A stretch of DNA of 64,000 bases from the human T2T-CHM13v2.0 reference genome, Homo sapiens. The stretch lies in assembly GCF_009914755.1 (NCBI RefSeq), contig NC_060932.1. One strand, given 5' to 3'. A program made the position numbers and the translations under genes. Position 1 is the first letter of the stretch, and each line of letters opens with the position of its first letter. This document shows positions 45,132-57,215 of this stretch, piece by piece. Under the pieces are notes generated by a model that saw only the letters and a list, made by a program, of their open reading frames with translations, was not told where the DNA came from and ran no database searches.

Positions 45132-45755
45132 TGTGAAAGAATAACAAATCTCGGGAACCCAAAATCACTAAGCCAATGGAAAAATCAAGCTGGGAACTAT
45201 GTCAGGCAAACCTGCCTCCAATTTTATTCCTAAATAAGATAGCTACAAAGATAAGAAAGCTACATACCTCCCTCACAATTTTGCCACAGGGAAATTTCTT
45301 GTAGGCTTCAAGATCTTTAACCTAAAACAGTTCTGCTGAATTTCACCTTCACAATGTAAACTGACAGCATATCTTCATATGTGCGGGACAGAAAGTCACA
45401 CCTCTGCTGACCTGAAACAAAGGCCTATCTGCTTCCTCTGTCTTACTGTTTATTGTTTATGTAAAAATGCAGATGCACTGAGCCAGACTAAATTATGTAT
45501 TGAGTGAAAGGCTGATCAAGGACTCGAAAGACCCCGCTTCGAGTTATCCTGCCCTTCTGAACCAAACCAATGTACTTCTTACACATAATCATGTCTCATG
45601 TCTCCCTAAAATGTATAAAAGCAAACTGTACCCTGACCACCTTGGGCACATGTTATCAGGACCCCCTGAAGCTATGTCTTGGGTGTGTCCTTAACCTTGA
45701 CAAAATAAATTTTCTAAATTGATTGTGACCTGTCTCACGATAATTTAGGTTCACA
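45132..45755 (+). mobile_element. MER4A-like ERV1 solo LTR with 4-bp TSD ccac
   Basis: TG...CA termini; ccac at 45128-45131 and 45756-45759; tgtataaaa box and aataaa; gggcacatgttatcaggacc. Confidence 0.88.
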
Positions 45756-46922
45756 CCACTATTGCAGACATTTAGCAAAACTTGGGAGAACTGAATCCTC
45801 CTTGTGGGAAGCTTGGGTGGACAGCAAGAACCTCTTGGGGCCCTATCTGAAATTAGAGAGTAGCAGAAGAAATAATACCTATTTATGTTACATACTTGCA
45901 AAAAGCCAAAGGAAAAAACGTGAGAAAAAGCCCTAGAACTGCTAAATTTTGTCCAAGGAGAAGGACAAAATAAGTCATCTCCATCCCTCTCTTACACATA
46001 TAGATTCTGCTTCTAACTGGGGATCCCCTGTGATCCAGGGCAGCTTCCTGCTCACCAGGAAGTGCTATCTTATACCCTTTCCTACACTGTCTTATAGAGG
46101 AATAATTCTATTCATTCAAACACAAGCAAAAATTTTAACATGAAATCTACACTAAATTACCCTAATTTAGTGTAGAAAAAAAGAATTAAAAGTAAAAAAA
46201 ACTAAATGCAGAAAAACTTTCTCCAAGAGCAAATGGAAATTATAACCAAATTCTTTTCCTAAGAACTTGGTCTAATTTTGCTTTATAAAAAAGAACTCAA
46301 CACAGAGATTTAGCTCAGGAAATAAGTTAAAAAGAAACGTATCACTGATTGAAGGCTACACTGGAAGAAGACACGGCTGAAAACAGAGAAGTCTAAATCA
46401 AGCTTTAACAACCAAGACAAGTGAAATTAATAGAATTACCATGTAAATGATAGCTAATATATGGAAGAAAAAAGACAGTGTGCACTGAGTCCATTTCAAG
46501 ATGAAATCTGAAAGAACTATGGACATTTCGGTACAGAAGAGATTGCAGAAGTAGAAGAGAAGACAGATTTAACACTGTCAAAGTATTCTGATTTCTCTAC
46601 ACTACAGTAGTCAAAAGAATGTACTAGGACATTCACAGCAGGTTTAGTCACAATAGTTGAACACTGGAAACAATCTCAATACCTACTAGTAGCAGAACAG
46701 ATTTAAAAAAAAACTGTGGCATATTCGTACAATAGAATACAATGCAGCAAAGAATACAAACCACGGATACATGCAACAGCATGAATCATTCTCAGGAACA
46801 TCATGTTGCGTAAAAGAGGCTAGACACAAAAGAACAGAAACTACATTATTCCATTTATTTACATTCAAAAAGAGACCAAGTAATGTTGGTTTAGAAGTCA
46901 AGATACTGGTTAGCATTAATGA

Positions 46923-47328
<406 letters not shown>

Positions 47329-47684
47329 AAACTATTTTTATCAATGTGTTCATTGTGAAAATTCACTAAGAATGGATGTACAATTATGGTTTGTGCATTT
47401 TTCAGTATATCTCAATAAACAAAAATCTATTCTTAAATTTACCAATAAGGTAAATGAGTAAAAGGTCACACCACAGGTAAATGAAGTAATCAGACATAAA
47501 CTCAGAAAATCTGACTTTAGAGACCACATCCCGGACCATGAAGAAATATCACCTCTAATTCCTCACATAATGAATTGATTAGACCTATGTTACTGTTTTG
47601 GTTATAGCAGCTTTAGAATTTGTTTTATAAATCTGAAAAGAGGGCAGGCATGGTGGCTCAATGTATTTTATAAATCTGAAAAGA

Positions 47685-47805
47685 GGCCAGGTATGCTGAT
47701 TCACGCCTATAATCCCAGCACTTAGGGAGGCCAAGACAGGAGGATCATTTGAGCCCAGGAGTTTGAGACCAACCTCGGCAACGCAGTGAGATCCTGTCTC
47801 TATAT
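47685..47805 (+). mobile_element. Alu left-arm/FLAM monomer
   Basis: ggccaggtatg...ggaggatcatttgagcccaggagtttgagacc. Confidence 0.88.
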
Positions 47806-47845
47806 AATAAGTCAATAAAATACCTAATGTAAATGACAAGTTGAC

Positions 47846-48450
47846 GTTGGGGAACCACCGCCTAGATTTCAGAAGATGTACGGAAACGCCTAGATGCCCA
47901 GGTAAGTTTGCTGCAGGGGCAGGGCCCTCATGGAGAACCTGTTAGGGCAGTGTAGAAGGAAAATGTGGGGTCGGAGCCCCCACACAGAGTCCCTACTGGG
48001 GGCACTCCCTAGTGGAGCTCTGAGAAGAGGGTCACGGTCCTCCAGACCCCAGAATGGAAGACCCACCAACAGCTTGCACTGTGCACCTGGAAAAGCCACA
48101 GACACAACGCCAGCCTGTGAAAGCAGCCGGGAGGGAGGCTGCACCCTGCAAAGCCACAGGGACAGAGCTGCCCCAAGTCCATGGGAACCCACCTCTTGTA
48201 TTAGTGAGACCTAGATGTGAGACCTGGAGTCAAAGGAGATGATTTTGGAGCTTCAAAACTTGGCTGCCATGCTGGATTTCGAACTTGCATGGGACCTGTA
48301 ACCCCTTTGTTTTGGCCAATTTCACCTTTCGCCTCCTGCCATAATTCCGAGGCCTCTTCAGCCACGAGGAACTGTTAAGTCCAATTAAACCTCTTTTTCG
48401 TCCCAGGCTCGGGTTATGTCTTTATCAGCAGCATGAAAACAGACTGATAT
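47846..48450 (+). mobile_element. THE1 (MaLR) internal 3' fragment fused to a THE1 LTR 3' end
   Basis: ggaaccaccgcctagatttcagaagatgta...acccctttgttttggccaatttc, then gtccaattaaacctcttttt...tctttatcagcagcatgaaaacagactgatata. Confidence 0.85.
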
Positions 48451-49584
48451 AGAATGCTTGGTATCTGAATCTCAGATTACTATTTATGTATTTAAAAAAT
48501 ATTTTAAATATGATGCATTAAAAGAGAAATAATGCCAGCTTATATTTAATTCCTGATATACGTATTTCTGACATTTTATCTTTTCTTTTTACTTTCTTGT
48601 TTTCATTCTTTCGTTGAATATAGTTTTAATTGCTCTTTCTAATCACTTGAAAATTATATATCCTAGTTATCCTTTAACTTATTTTCATATTTAATACTTT
48701 CTCTATCAAAATGTAGTATGTACACTTTTCAACCAAATCAAAAAAACAACTCTAAAAGATTCTATTATGTAAATTCAGTTTACATAAGTATATTTTTTAA
48801 AATTTTGTCCTCTCAAAGCACTTTTGGACTCTCAAATGTTTATTAAATATGTTTCACACAGATGAGGTTATTTCCTTTTAATGTTGTATCCTATGTGAAA
48901 AATGGGGGTATTTGTACAAATGTATATACTGCTTAAAACAAATCTCTAAGAGTTTTACTAATTAAAGCTAATGTTCAGTAATGTTATTTATTTTTACAAA
49001 AGGTAAATACTATTATTTCATTGGTTCTAACACATTTTTTCCATGATTAAAAGAAAAATGTAGCTTACCACTGATAGCTTAATGTCAATGATATTACTAG
49101 AAGGTAAATAGTAAATTAAAAAGGAAAATCAAATGACTGGGAAACAATCCGTGGGAACTGCAAGTAGCAGTGTTAAGAGCTATATATTAGAAAGAAACCT
49201 AATTCTCCTCCAGGAACTAACCACAAATATGGAAAAAATAAATACATTTTTAGAGCTATTTAAGTTCTCTTTGTTAACATCTACTCTAACGTAGGTCCTT
49301 TATTAATTAATGTTCAAAAGTAACTATTTACATATTATCTAGGAAAGAAGGTGACCAAATCATGTTAAGACAGCTTTTCCACTCTAAAATACTGTCATTA
49401 TCAAAGTAGAATAACTAGCAATGTATGACCCAGAAATTTTAAAACTAGATATATTAACCGGAAAATATTTTTAAAGTTTATTTGTCAAACTTTTTGCATA
49501 CTTCCTATGCAATTTAGACTACTGTGCTATTTAGATCCGAATGCTTTTAGAAACAATCAGTTAAAATAATTGTTTATATCTTAC

Positions 49585-49755
49585 CAATGCAAGCTGTGTC
49601 CTTGAAGCAACAGTATGAAAAACTGCAGGCATCATAAGAGATTCTTCAACTTTTATTTCCATGTCATTTTCTGTCGAAAAGGTAGTTTTAGGAATAGCAG
49701 GTGGACGATCACATAAGATCATTTCTTTGTTAAAAAGAAAAATTGGATTTGTATC
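49585..49755 (-). CDS. RB1CC1: RB1CC1 exon 5 (171 nt, DTNPIFLFNKEMIL...RTQLAL)
   Basis: Acceptor aatatag|GAT, donor TTG|gtaaga; phase 0-0. Confidence 0.96.
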
Positions 49756-49922
49756 CTATATTTTTTAAAAAAGGAGAAATAACCAAAATAAAATGTTATA
49801 AATACTGAGCGTGCACATTGCCTTCAATATATGAAGCAAATAAACCTTACTTTTGAACACTGAGTTCCCAATGTGATGTAAAGATGTTGCATTCTTGTGT
49901 GAAAGGACTCTTGAATACCTAC

Positions 49923-50049
49923 CGTCCCAGCACTGTAGGTACACACTCTTCGATCTGCAGCCATGCATTCTCCTCCATTGACCACCAGCACCTGGTGTTG
50001 AATAGCAATCTTGTATTTGCTTTGAATGGCATGCTTAAGGTCTGCCACA
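49923..50049 (-). CDS. RB1CC1: RB1CC1 exon 4 (127 nt, VADLKHAIQSKYKIAIQHQVLVV...SAGT), ubiquitin-like N-terminal region
   Basis: ORF 49824..50048; acceptor ttttgaag|TGTG, donor ACG|gtaggt. Confidence 0.96.
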
Positions 50050-51037
50050 CTTCAAAAAATGAAATAAAATAAATCAGTTGTTTATATTTGCCCAATGACT
50101 TTATTTTCCAAGTAGTACTATGTAAAAACACCTTAGAGGTTAATGAATTTCACTCTAAAACCTTCCCCAAAAACAGTAATAAAAATATAAGCTTCCTATT
50201 TAATGAACAGGATTCCATAACAACTGGCTGATCTTAGGTAAATAACAGCAAAAGAATATGCTCAAACTGGTTATCAGGTCTATTAAAATCCTCAGGCTAC
50301 ATAATTTTTGTTAAAATCTCCACACGTTTTAGAAACTACATTAAGTCTAACACATGTGAAGATTCCTTCCTATCCCTATCTTCCAAAAAATCATTCATGT
50401 AAGTGTAAAATCAAGTTTAATGAAAACTAATTCTGGAAAAAAAATCCATAATTCAATTTTTACAACAAAGATTATTATTTCACACACTATTTATAATAAT
50501 TCCAATGTCAGTTTTATTCTGCATTGCCATAAAGTCTTTGCTATTATGGTCACTATAAAAATATAAACAGCGTTGGAAATGATATTTACTACTTCTATTT
50601 CTTTCCTGTCCTGTCAAGCCAGAGAATTATTAGATACCTGAGTCCCACTAAATTTGGATGAAAATATTAAATTTATTTTTTCTCTCCTTAACAAACAAAA
50701 TAAACCTATTGACATTTATTCATAAACTGAATAAAAACAAATGACCAAAAACCATGGAAGTGATATACATTGTTTTATGAAGCTTCCGATAATTCCCTTA
50801 ACAATGGCCTGTGAAAAATAGAATAGCAATTGACTATAGGTACTTACAACAATGGAAATCAGTTTGTTTTGTGTGAGTAGATCTGTTTACTGATCTGTTT
50901 ACTGTTTACATGAATATTATATTCATGCCAACAGGACAAAGCACAATTTAAAGAATGTAACTAGTCTTTTAGAGAAAGATAACAATTACATATAAAATAT
51001 GTTGGGATAAAAGATTTAAGACTTGCCATTATGTGAC

Positions 51038-51338
51038 CTTTTTTTTTTTTTTTTTGAGACAAGAGTCCTGCTCAGTCGCTGGGCTGGAGTGCAGTGGTGC
51101 GATCTTGACTCACTGCAACCTCTGCCCCCCGGGGTTCAAGTGATTCTCCTGCCTCAGCCTCCCGATTAACTGGGACTACAGGCATGCGCCACCACACCCA
51201 GCTAATTTTTGTATTTTTAGTAGGAACGGGGTTTCACCATGTTGGCCAGGATGGTCTCGATCTTTCTTGACCTCGTGATCCGCCCGCCTCAGCCTCCCAA
51301 AGTGCTGGGATTACAGGCGTGAGGTACCGCACCCGGCC
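51038..51338 (-). mobile_element. AluY/Sc-like, 95 nt into intron 3
   Basis: caggatggtctcgatct; CpG-rich; gccattat on both flanks. Confidence 0.95.
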
Positions 51339-51433
51339 GCCATTATCCTACTTTTTAAACAGTAGAATAATATTTCTTTAACTTTCTGCATGCAGACAGA
51401 ATGCGAAAAAAAAATAAATGAAATACAACTCAC

Positions 51434-51504
51434 GTTTGCACTGTAAGTTCAGTGTCAAATGTTAGAGTAGTTCCAGTGTTAACCAGAAATACATATAACT
51501 TCAT
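51434..51504 (-). CDS. RB1CC1: RB1CC1 exon 3 coding part (start codon; MKLYVFLVNTGTTLTFDTELTVQ)
   Basis: ATC ATC ATG AAG with A at -3; donor AAC|gtgagt; 71 nt, phase 2 matches exon 4. Confidence 0.96.
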
Positions 51505-51555
51505 GATGATTTATCTGAATTCTGTGAGCTTATACCTCACCCTCTGATACAGTTA
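51505..51555 (-). other. RB1CC1: RB1CC1 exon 3 5'UTR part (51 nt)
   Basis: Polypyrimidine tract and acceptor gtttcttctag|TAAC at 51556-51557. Confidence 0.85.
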
Positions 51556-52300
51556 CTAGAAGAAACAAGAGAAGTGATCAATTTTACAAATGCAACTACA
51601 ATCACAAATACTATCATCATTATGACACAGTACAGTATTACTATATAAATAACAAAAATATCAAAATGGGCTTTGATGTCTAGGATGGCTAACTGGATAG
51701 TTCAGTAAACTCAATGCTTAAAAAAAAATAAAAATAAATAGTAATGAGTTTAGTGAAAAGAAAAGCATAACTGTTCTGCCACAGGAAAAAAAGTTTGATT
51801 CTTCAAGAAGTAAAAGGCCAGTAGCTAGAGTAAAGGTTGCTATGTGCATATTTCACTCAGTGTTTTACATTAAGAATAAAACAGTTGGTCAATCATCTTA
51901 TCCCTGAGAGTTTTCCCCCCACTTCTTCCTCAACATAATAAAAAATAGATTAGTATTAAGGTTAAACTTACTAATCGCAAATTAAGAGTAGCCGTTACTT
52001 GCAAATTAGGGGAAATGAATCCCAATTCCTTCCATCATCTGTGTTTCACCTCTACACTGAGCTAGAAATCCTCCATAATAGTTCCATCACTTCCATCAGC
52101 TGCCTGTTGAACTGCTTTTCACCTCTACACTGAGCAAGAAATCCTCCTTAATAGTTCCATCACTTTGTGTAACAGTAGCAAGTGTACAGGTCTGGAGATC
52201 AGAATATTTAAAACAACTCTGTGATTAACATGCCCAAGGAAAAACCTCATCTAGAAAATAAAGCTTTTTCATCTATAAAATGAGGATAACATACACAACA

Positions 52301-52605
<305 letters not shown>

Positions 52606-52887
52606 CTTAAAATAATGACATAAAAAGGGGACAGATTTCATGGTCTAGCATTTTACTTTCAACAAATGGAGGAAAAGATCCATAAGATTAATGAAACTGG
52701 TGAACGATAACTATAAATAAATTCCCAGAAAGTAGTAGGTACCTTTACTTATGCTCTTTCCACATAAGCCTTAGAGAATTATTAGAGAAGGAAAAAGCAA
52801 ATAAGGTTTTAAAATTAAGATTTCCAGAATCATTATTTTAAAGGCAATAGATTAAACTCTGCTATACAGGTAGAAACTGTGACTTAC

Positions 52888-53002
52888 CGTCAGGCACTGT
52901 GAAAAGGACTACCACTTTTCTTAAAAAGTAGATTAAAACTGGCTTATGTTTGCTTTGCTTGAGATTGGCAACTGAATGGCATTACTGGTTAAACTCAGAA
53001 AA
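52888..53002 (-). other. RB1CC1: RB1CC1 non-coding 5'UTR exon 2 (115 nt)
   Basis: Strong acceptor atttttcttttccag|TTTT and strong donor ACG|gtaagt in unique sequence upstream of the ATG exon. Confidence 0.8.
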
Positions 53003-53382
53003 CTGGAAAAGAAAAATTTCTGGTTATAAAGAGAAACAATTCAGTACGAAACAACATATGGCTATTGTTCCTTTCTTCCTTTTAAAACTACCGTCTAAGA
53101 ATAATCTCTACTCAGGCCCTTCTACTTGCACATTCACTATAATAACAACCACATGACTTCAACCCACATCAATCCATGGCATCAAACAAAAGTCACCAAT
53201 AAATTCCTCAAAACGGCCATTTCCACAACAATTCCTCATTCCTTAAAATATTATGGTAAAGAAGTATCCAGGCAGTGGAGTTAGAAAGCTTGGGTTTGGT
53301 TTGGGGTCCATTACTTGCAATTATATGATCTTGGACAACTGTTTTGGCTTCCTCTTTTGTAAATAGGAATAAAAATGGCACC

Positions 53383-53912
53383 TGCAGCAGACAGCCTCTA
53401 AGACAGCAGCAATTATCTGTACCACATCCACCTACTGTATTCATACTCCAGTGAAATCCCCACCCTCAAGTGTAGGCAGGGCCTGTGATCTGTTTCTAAC
53501 CAAAAAAATATTGCAAAAATGATGGGATATCATGTAGGTAATCGTTACTTAAGATTATAACTCCCATCTTGCCAGCTGACTCTCTCTTGCCAGCTTTGAT
53601 GAAGCAAGCTGCCATATAGAGAGGCCCACCTGATAAGGAATTGAAGATGGCCAGCTAGCAAGAAGCTACAGTCTCAGTCTGACAATTCTCAAGGAACTGA
53701 ATCTTGACAACCACCACAAGCCCATAAGCAGATCCTTTCCTAGTTGAGCCTCAGAGAAGACCTCAGCCCTGGCCAACACTTTGACTGAAGTCTTGCAGAG
53801 ACCCAAAAGGGCCCAGTGAAGCCATGCCCAGAATCTATAAAATAATAGATTTATGTTGCTTCAAACAATCAAGTTTACTGTAATTTCTCACTCAACAATA
53901 GATGATTAATAT
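53383..53912 (+). mobile_element. MLT1-type MaLR solo LTR inserted in a MIR
   Basis: aaggaactgaatcttgacaaccac; agttgagcctcagagaagacctcagccctggccaacac; ends caatagatgattaatata. Confidence 0.75.
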
Positions 53913-53947
53913 AACACAACCATATCACAGGGATATTAGGAGGATGT

Positions 53948-54969
53948 TGTTGTGGGAAGTCAGGGACCCCAAACAGAGCGACCAGCTGGAGCCACAGCAG
54001 AGGAACATAAATTGTGAACATTTCATGGACATTTATCAGTTGCCAAATAATACTTTTATAATTTCTTATGCCTGTCTTTAATCTCTTAATCCTGTTATCT
54101 TCGTAAACTGAGGATGTACGTCATCTTAGGACCACTGTGATAATTGTGTTAACTGTACAAATTGATTGTAAAACATGTGTGTTTGAACAATATGCAATCA
54201 GTGCACCTTGAAAAGAGCAGAATTAACAGCGATTTTTAGGGAACAAGGGAAGACAACCATAAGGTCTGACTGCCTGCAGGGTCAGGCAAAAAGAGCCATA
54301 TTTTTCTTCTTGTAGAGAGCCTATAAACATATGTGCAAGTAGGAGAGATGTTGCTAAACTCTTTTCCTAGCAAGGAATATTAATACCCTGGGAAAGGAAT
54401 GCATTCCTGTGGGGAGGTCTACAAATGGCTGCTCTGGGAACGCCTGTCTTATGCGGTTGAGATAAGGACTGAGATACACCCTGGTCTCCTGCAGTACCCT
54501 CAGGCTTACTACGGTGGTGGGGAAAAACTCCGCCCTAGTAAATCTGTGGTCAGACTGGCTCTCTGCTCTCAAACCCTGTTTTCTGTTGTTTAAGATGTTT
54601 ATCAAGGTAATACATGCATGGCTGAACATAGACCCTTATCAGTAGTTCTGCTTTTGTCTTTTGTCCTGTTCCCTCAGAAGCATGTGATCTTTGTTAGACT
54701 CTTATTAGTTCTGCTTTTTGTCCTTTGAAGCATGTGATCTTGTACCTACTCCCTGTTCTTACACCCCCTCCCCTTTTGAAACCCTTAATAAAAACTTGCT
54801 GGTTTTGAGGCTTATGCGGGCATCACTGTCCTACCGATATGTGATGTCGCCCCCGGCGGCCCAGCTGTAAAATTCCTCTATTTATACTGTCTCTCTTTAT
54901 TTCTCAGCCGGCCGACACTAATGGAAAATAGAACCTACAGTGAAATATTGGGGGTGGGTTCCCCCAATA
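53948..54969 (+). mobile_element. MER11 (HERV-K11/HML-8) solo LTR with 6-bp TSD ggatgt
   Basis: Starts tgttgtgggaagtcagggacccc, ends gggttcccccaata; ggatgt at 53942-53947 and 54970-54975; internal gaagcatgtgatct repeats; aataaa at about 54787. Confidence 0.92.
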
Positions 54970-55869
54970 GGATGTCAAAGAAAAAATGTGGTACTTGGCA
55001 GATAAGTCAACTCTCCAAAGTTTGGGAGGGATCTCAGCCGCCTTACCTTTGTAGTAGAGCTCACTTACTCCCATAGCTGCTGCTACCACCACTGTTGATT
55101 GCTGACTCCCAAATCTCTCCTAAACTATCTATCCAATCCCTCTGAAACTCAACAAATCCAAATCAATCTCCTATATGCATTTCTTCAACATTATTGTTTC
55201 TAAAACTGAGCTCTGCCCCTTAAATCTCCTTGCTTTAATTTTTCATTTCTCTTTGTTGATGAAGTCTAGATTCACCCAATCTCTCACATATTATCCTAGA
55301 TTTGTCTTCCTCCTAAAAGACATACGAACATCAGCAAATTTGTCCTGTAAATTCTAACATTTAAATACTTAATGACACGATATCCCTATTTCTATCCCTA
55401 CTGCCTTAAATCAGACCCTGTTTTCAACCTGCACTGATTTCCTCAATCACTAGTCCGTCAACCTCCATGCTGCCTTCAAAGAAATCTTCCTACATGCTAG
55501 GTAGGTTGATCCAAGTTTTTCTGCTGCTTTAAAACTCAAGACGATTATGACTTTTAGGGCAGCAGCTACCACTTTGTATTCATTATATTCCAGGAAACTA
55601 TTCTAAATGCTTTATTAAATGACAATAACACCTAAGACAGCAAATATAATATGCTCTTCCTTTCCACCACAACTTTTCACCCTCATCCTCTACCCCTCCC
55701 CCAACTTATCAGTCCCAAATATCACACTGCTTGAACTCCCTAAACAAATCGAGCTGCTAAAGTCTCTGAGTCTTCATGGGGCAGTTTTCCACGCTTAGGA
55801 TTCTATTTGCCCTGCCTGCTATGATCACCCCTTCCACCTGCCCTAGCCTCATACACATCTTCTTCCAGA

Positions 55870-55980
55870 CTCAAGAGAACTGCTTGAACTGGGAGGCGGA
55901 GGTTGCAGTGAGCTGGGATCGTACCACTGCACTCCAGCCTAGGCGACAGAGCCAGACTCTTTCTCAAAAGAAAAAAAAAA
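55870..55980 (+). mobile_element. Alu right-arm fragment within an L2 region
   Basis: gagaactgcttgaactgggaggcggaggttgcagtgagc...poly(A). Confidence 0.9.
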
Positions 55981-56334
55981 GGCAGTATCTACAGCCAGGG
56001 AAAGTAGGCATAATTATCATAAATGTGATACTTTCTAAGAAATATGTGGAGAGTGACAGGGAACTATGAAACGCACTTAACAGATTGACAGAAGACTGGC
56101 CAGAAGGTGCAGACCTAGAAAAGTCATGCAGATCTGAGAGATGTTAACAAAAGGAAGGTAGAGATAAACAGGAATCAGATGACTGTATTAAATAAAGATT
56201 TGCTGAATGAATGAGTGAATGAATACCAAATCCAAAAGCATAGGCTTTATCTTACAGCTTTATCTTACAGGAGGCATTTTGTTTTCTCAGAGATTAGGTA
56301 GCTAGGGGATGCTGACTAAAGTGGAAGGAATATT

Positions 56335-56640
56335 CCTTCATTCATTCATTCATCCAAATCCAAAACACGTGTATTGATATTATGTGCCAGGACTGGGTAT
56401 TCTGTGGGGGAAAAAACAGACATAGTCTTTGTCCTCATGGAGTTCAGTCTTGAAGGAGAAAGCAGCATTAAACAAGAACAAAGCAAACATGATATAAGCT
56501 GTAATAAACGCACAAAAGAAAAGAGTGGGTAGGAAGAACGACTTACTTTAGATTTATGTGATCAAAGGAGGCCTCTACGTGGGTTACATTTAAACGGTAT
56601 TGTTGGGATAAGAAGAGGCCTGAACTGAGAAGATGTAAAG
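56335..56640 (-). mobile_element. L2 3' fragment
   Basis: (ttca)n start; tatgtgccaggactggg; gtcctcatggagtt. Confidence 0.7.
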
Positions 56641-56734
56641 CAGTACAAGGAGACACACCATTTTTGTGAGACTAAACACAAAATCTTCAATAATAATCAC
56701 TGTATTGTTTTTTGTTTTCTCGTTTTCCTTTGAA

Positions 56735-57215
56735 TATTATCTTTTGTTTTGATATAATTCCAGTTAGAGAAAAATTACAAGAATAGTACAAAGAACTCCC
56801 GTCCCCCTTACTCAGATCACCAACTGTGAACACTTGTGTTCTATTTATCACTTGTGTCAGTGCACACTCCATACATGCTCTCTCTCCACATACGTATACA
56901 CACAGGGATATATTTTTTCCTGAACTACTGTAATTTGCAGACAGAATTTCCCTTTATCCATAAATACTTCAGAATGTCTTACCTAACAGCAAGAATTTTC
57001 TCCTTCATAACCAAAGTACATTTATCAAATCATAAAATTTAACACTGATGCACTATTATTATCTAATCTACAGTCCATATTCAAACTACTGCCTCAATAA
57101 TATCCTTTGTAGTTTCCGCCCCTCAGATCCAGGATTTATTTCAGGATCATCATATTGCTTTTAGCTGTAATATCTATTTAATCTCTTCCAATCTGGGACA
57201 GTTCAGCTTTTCCTC
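56735..57215 (-). mobile_element. L1MC/MD-type fragment
   Basis: aaattacaagaatagtacaaagaactccc; tattatctaatctacagtccatattcaaa. Confidence 0.65.

Noticed and set aside
54640-54745. Repeated agttctgctttt/gaagcatgtgatct units
   Set aside because: Intrinsic to the MER11 LTR, not a separate element.
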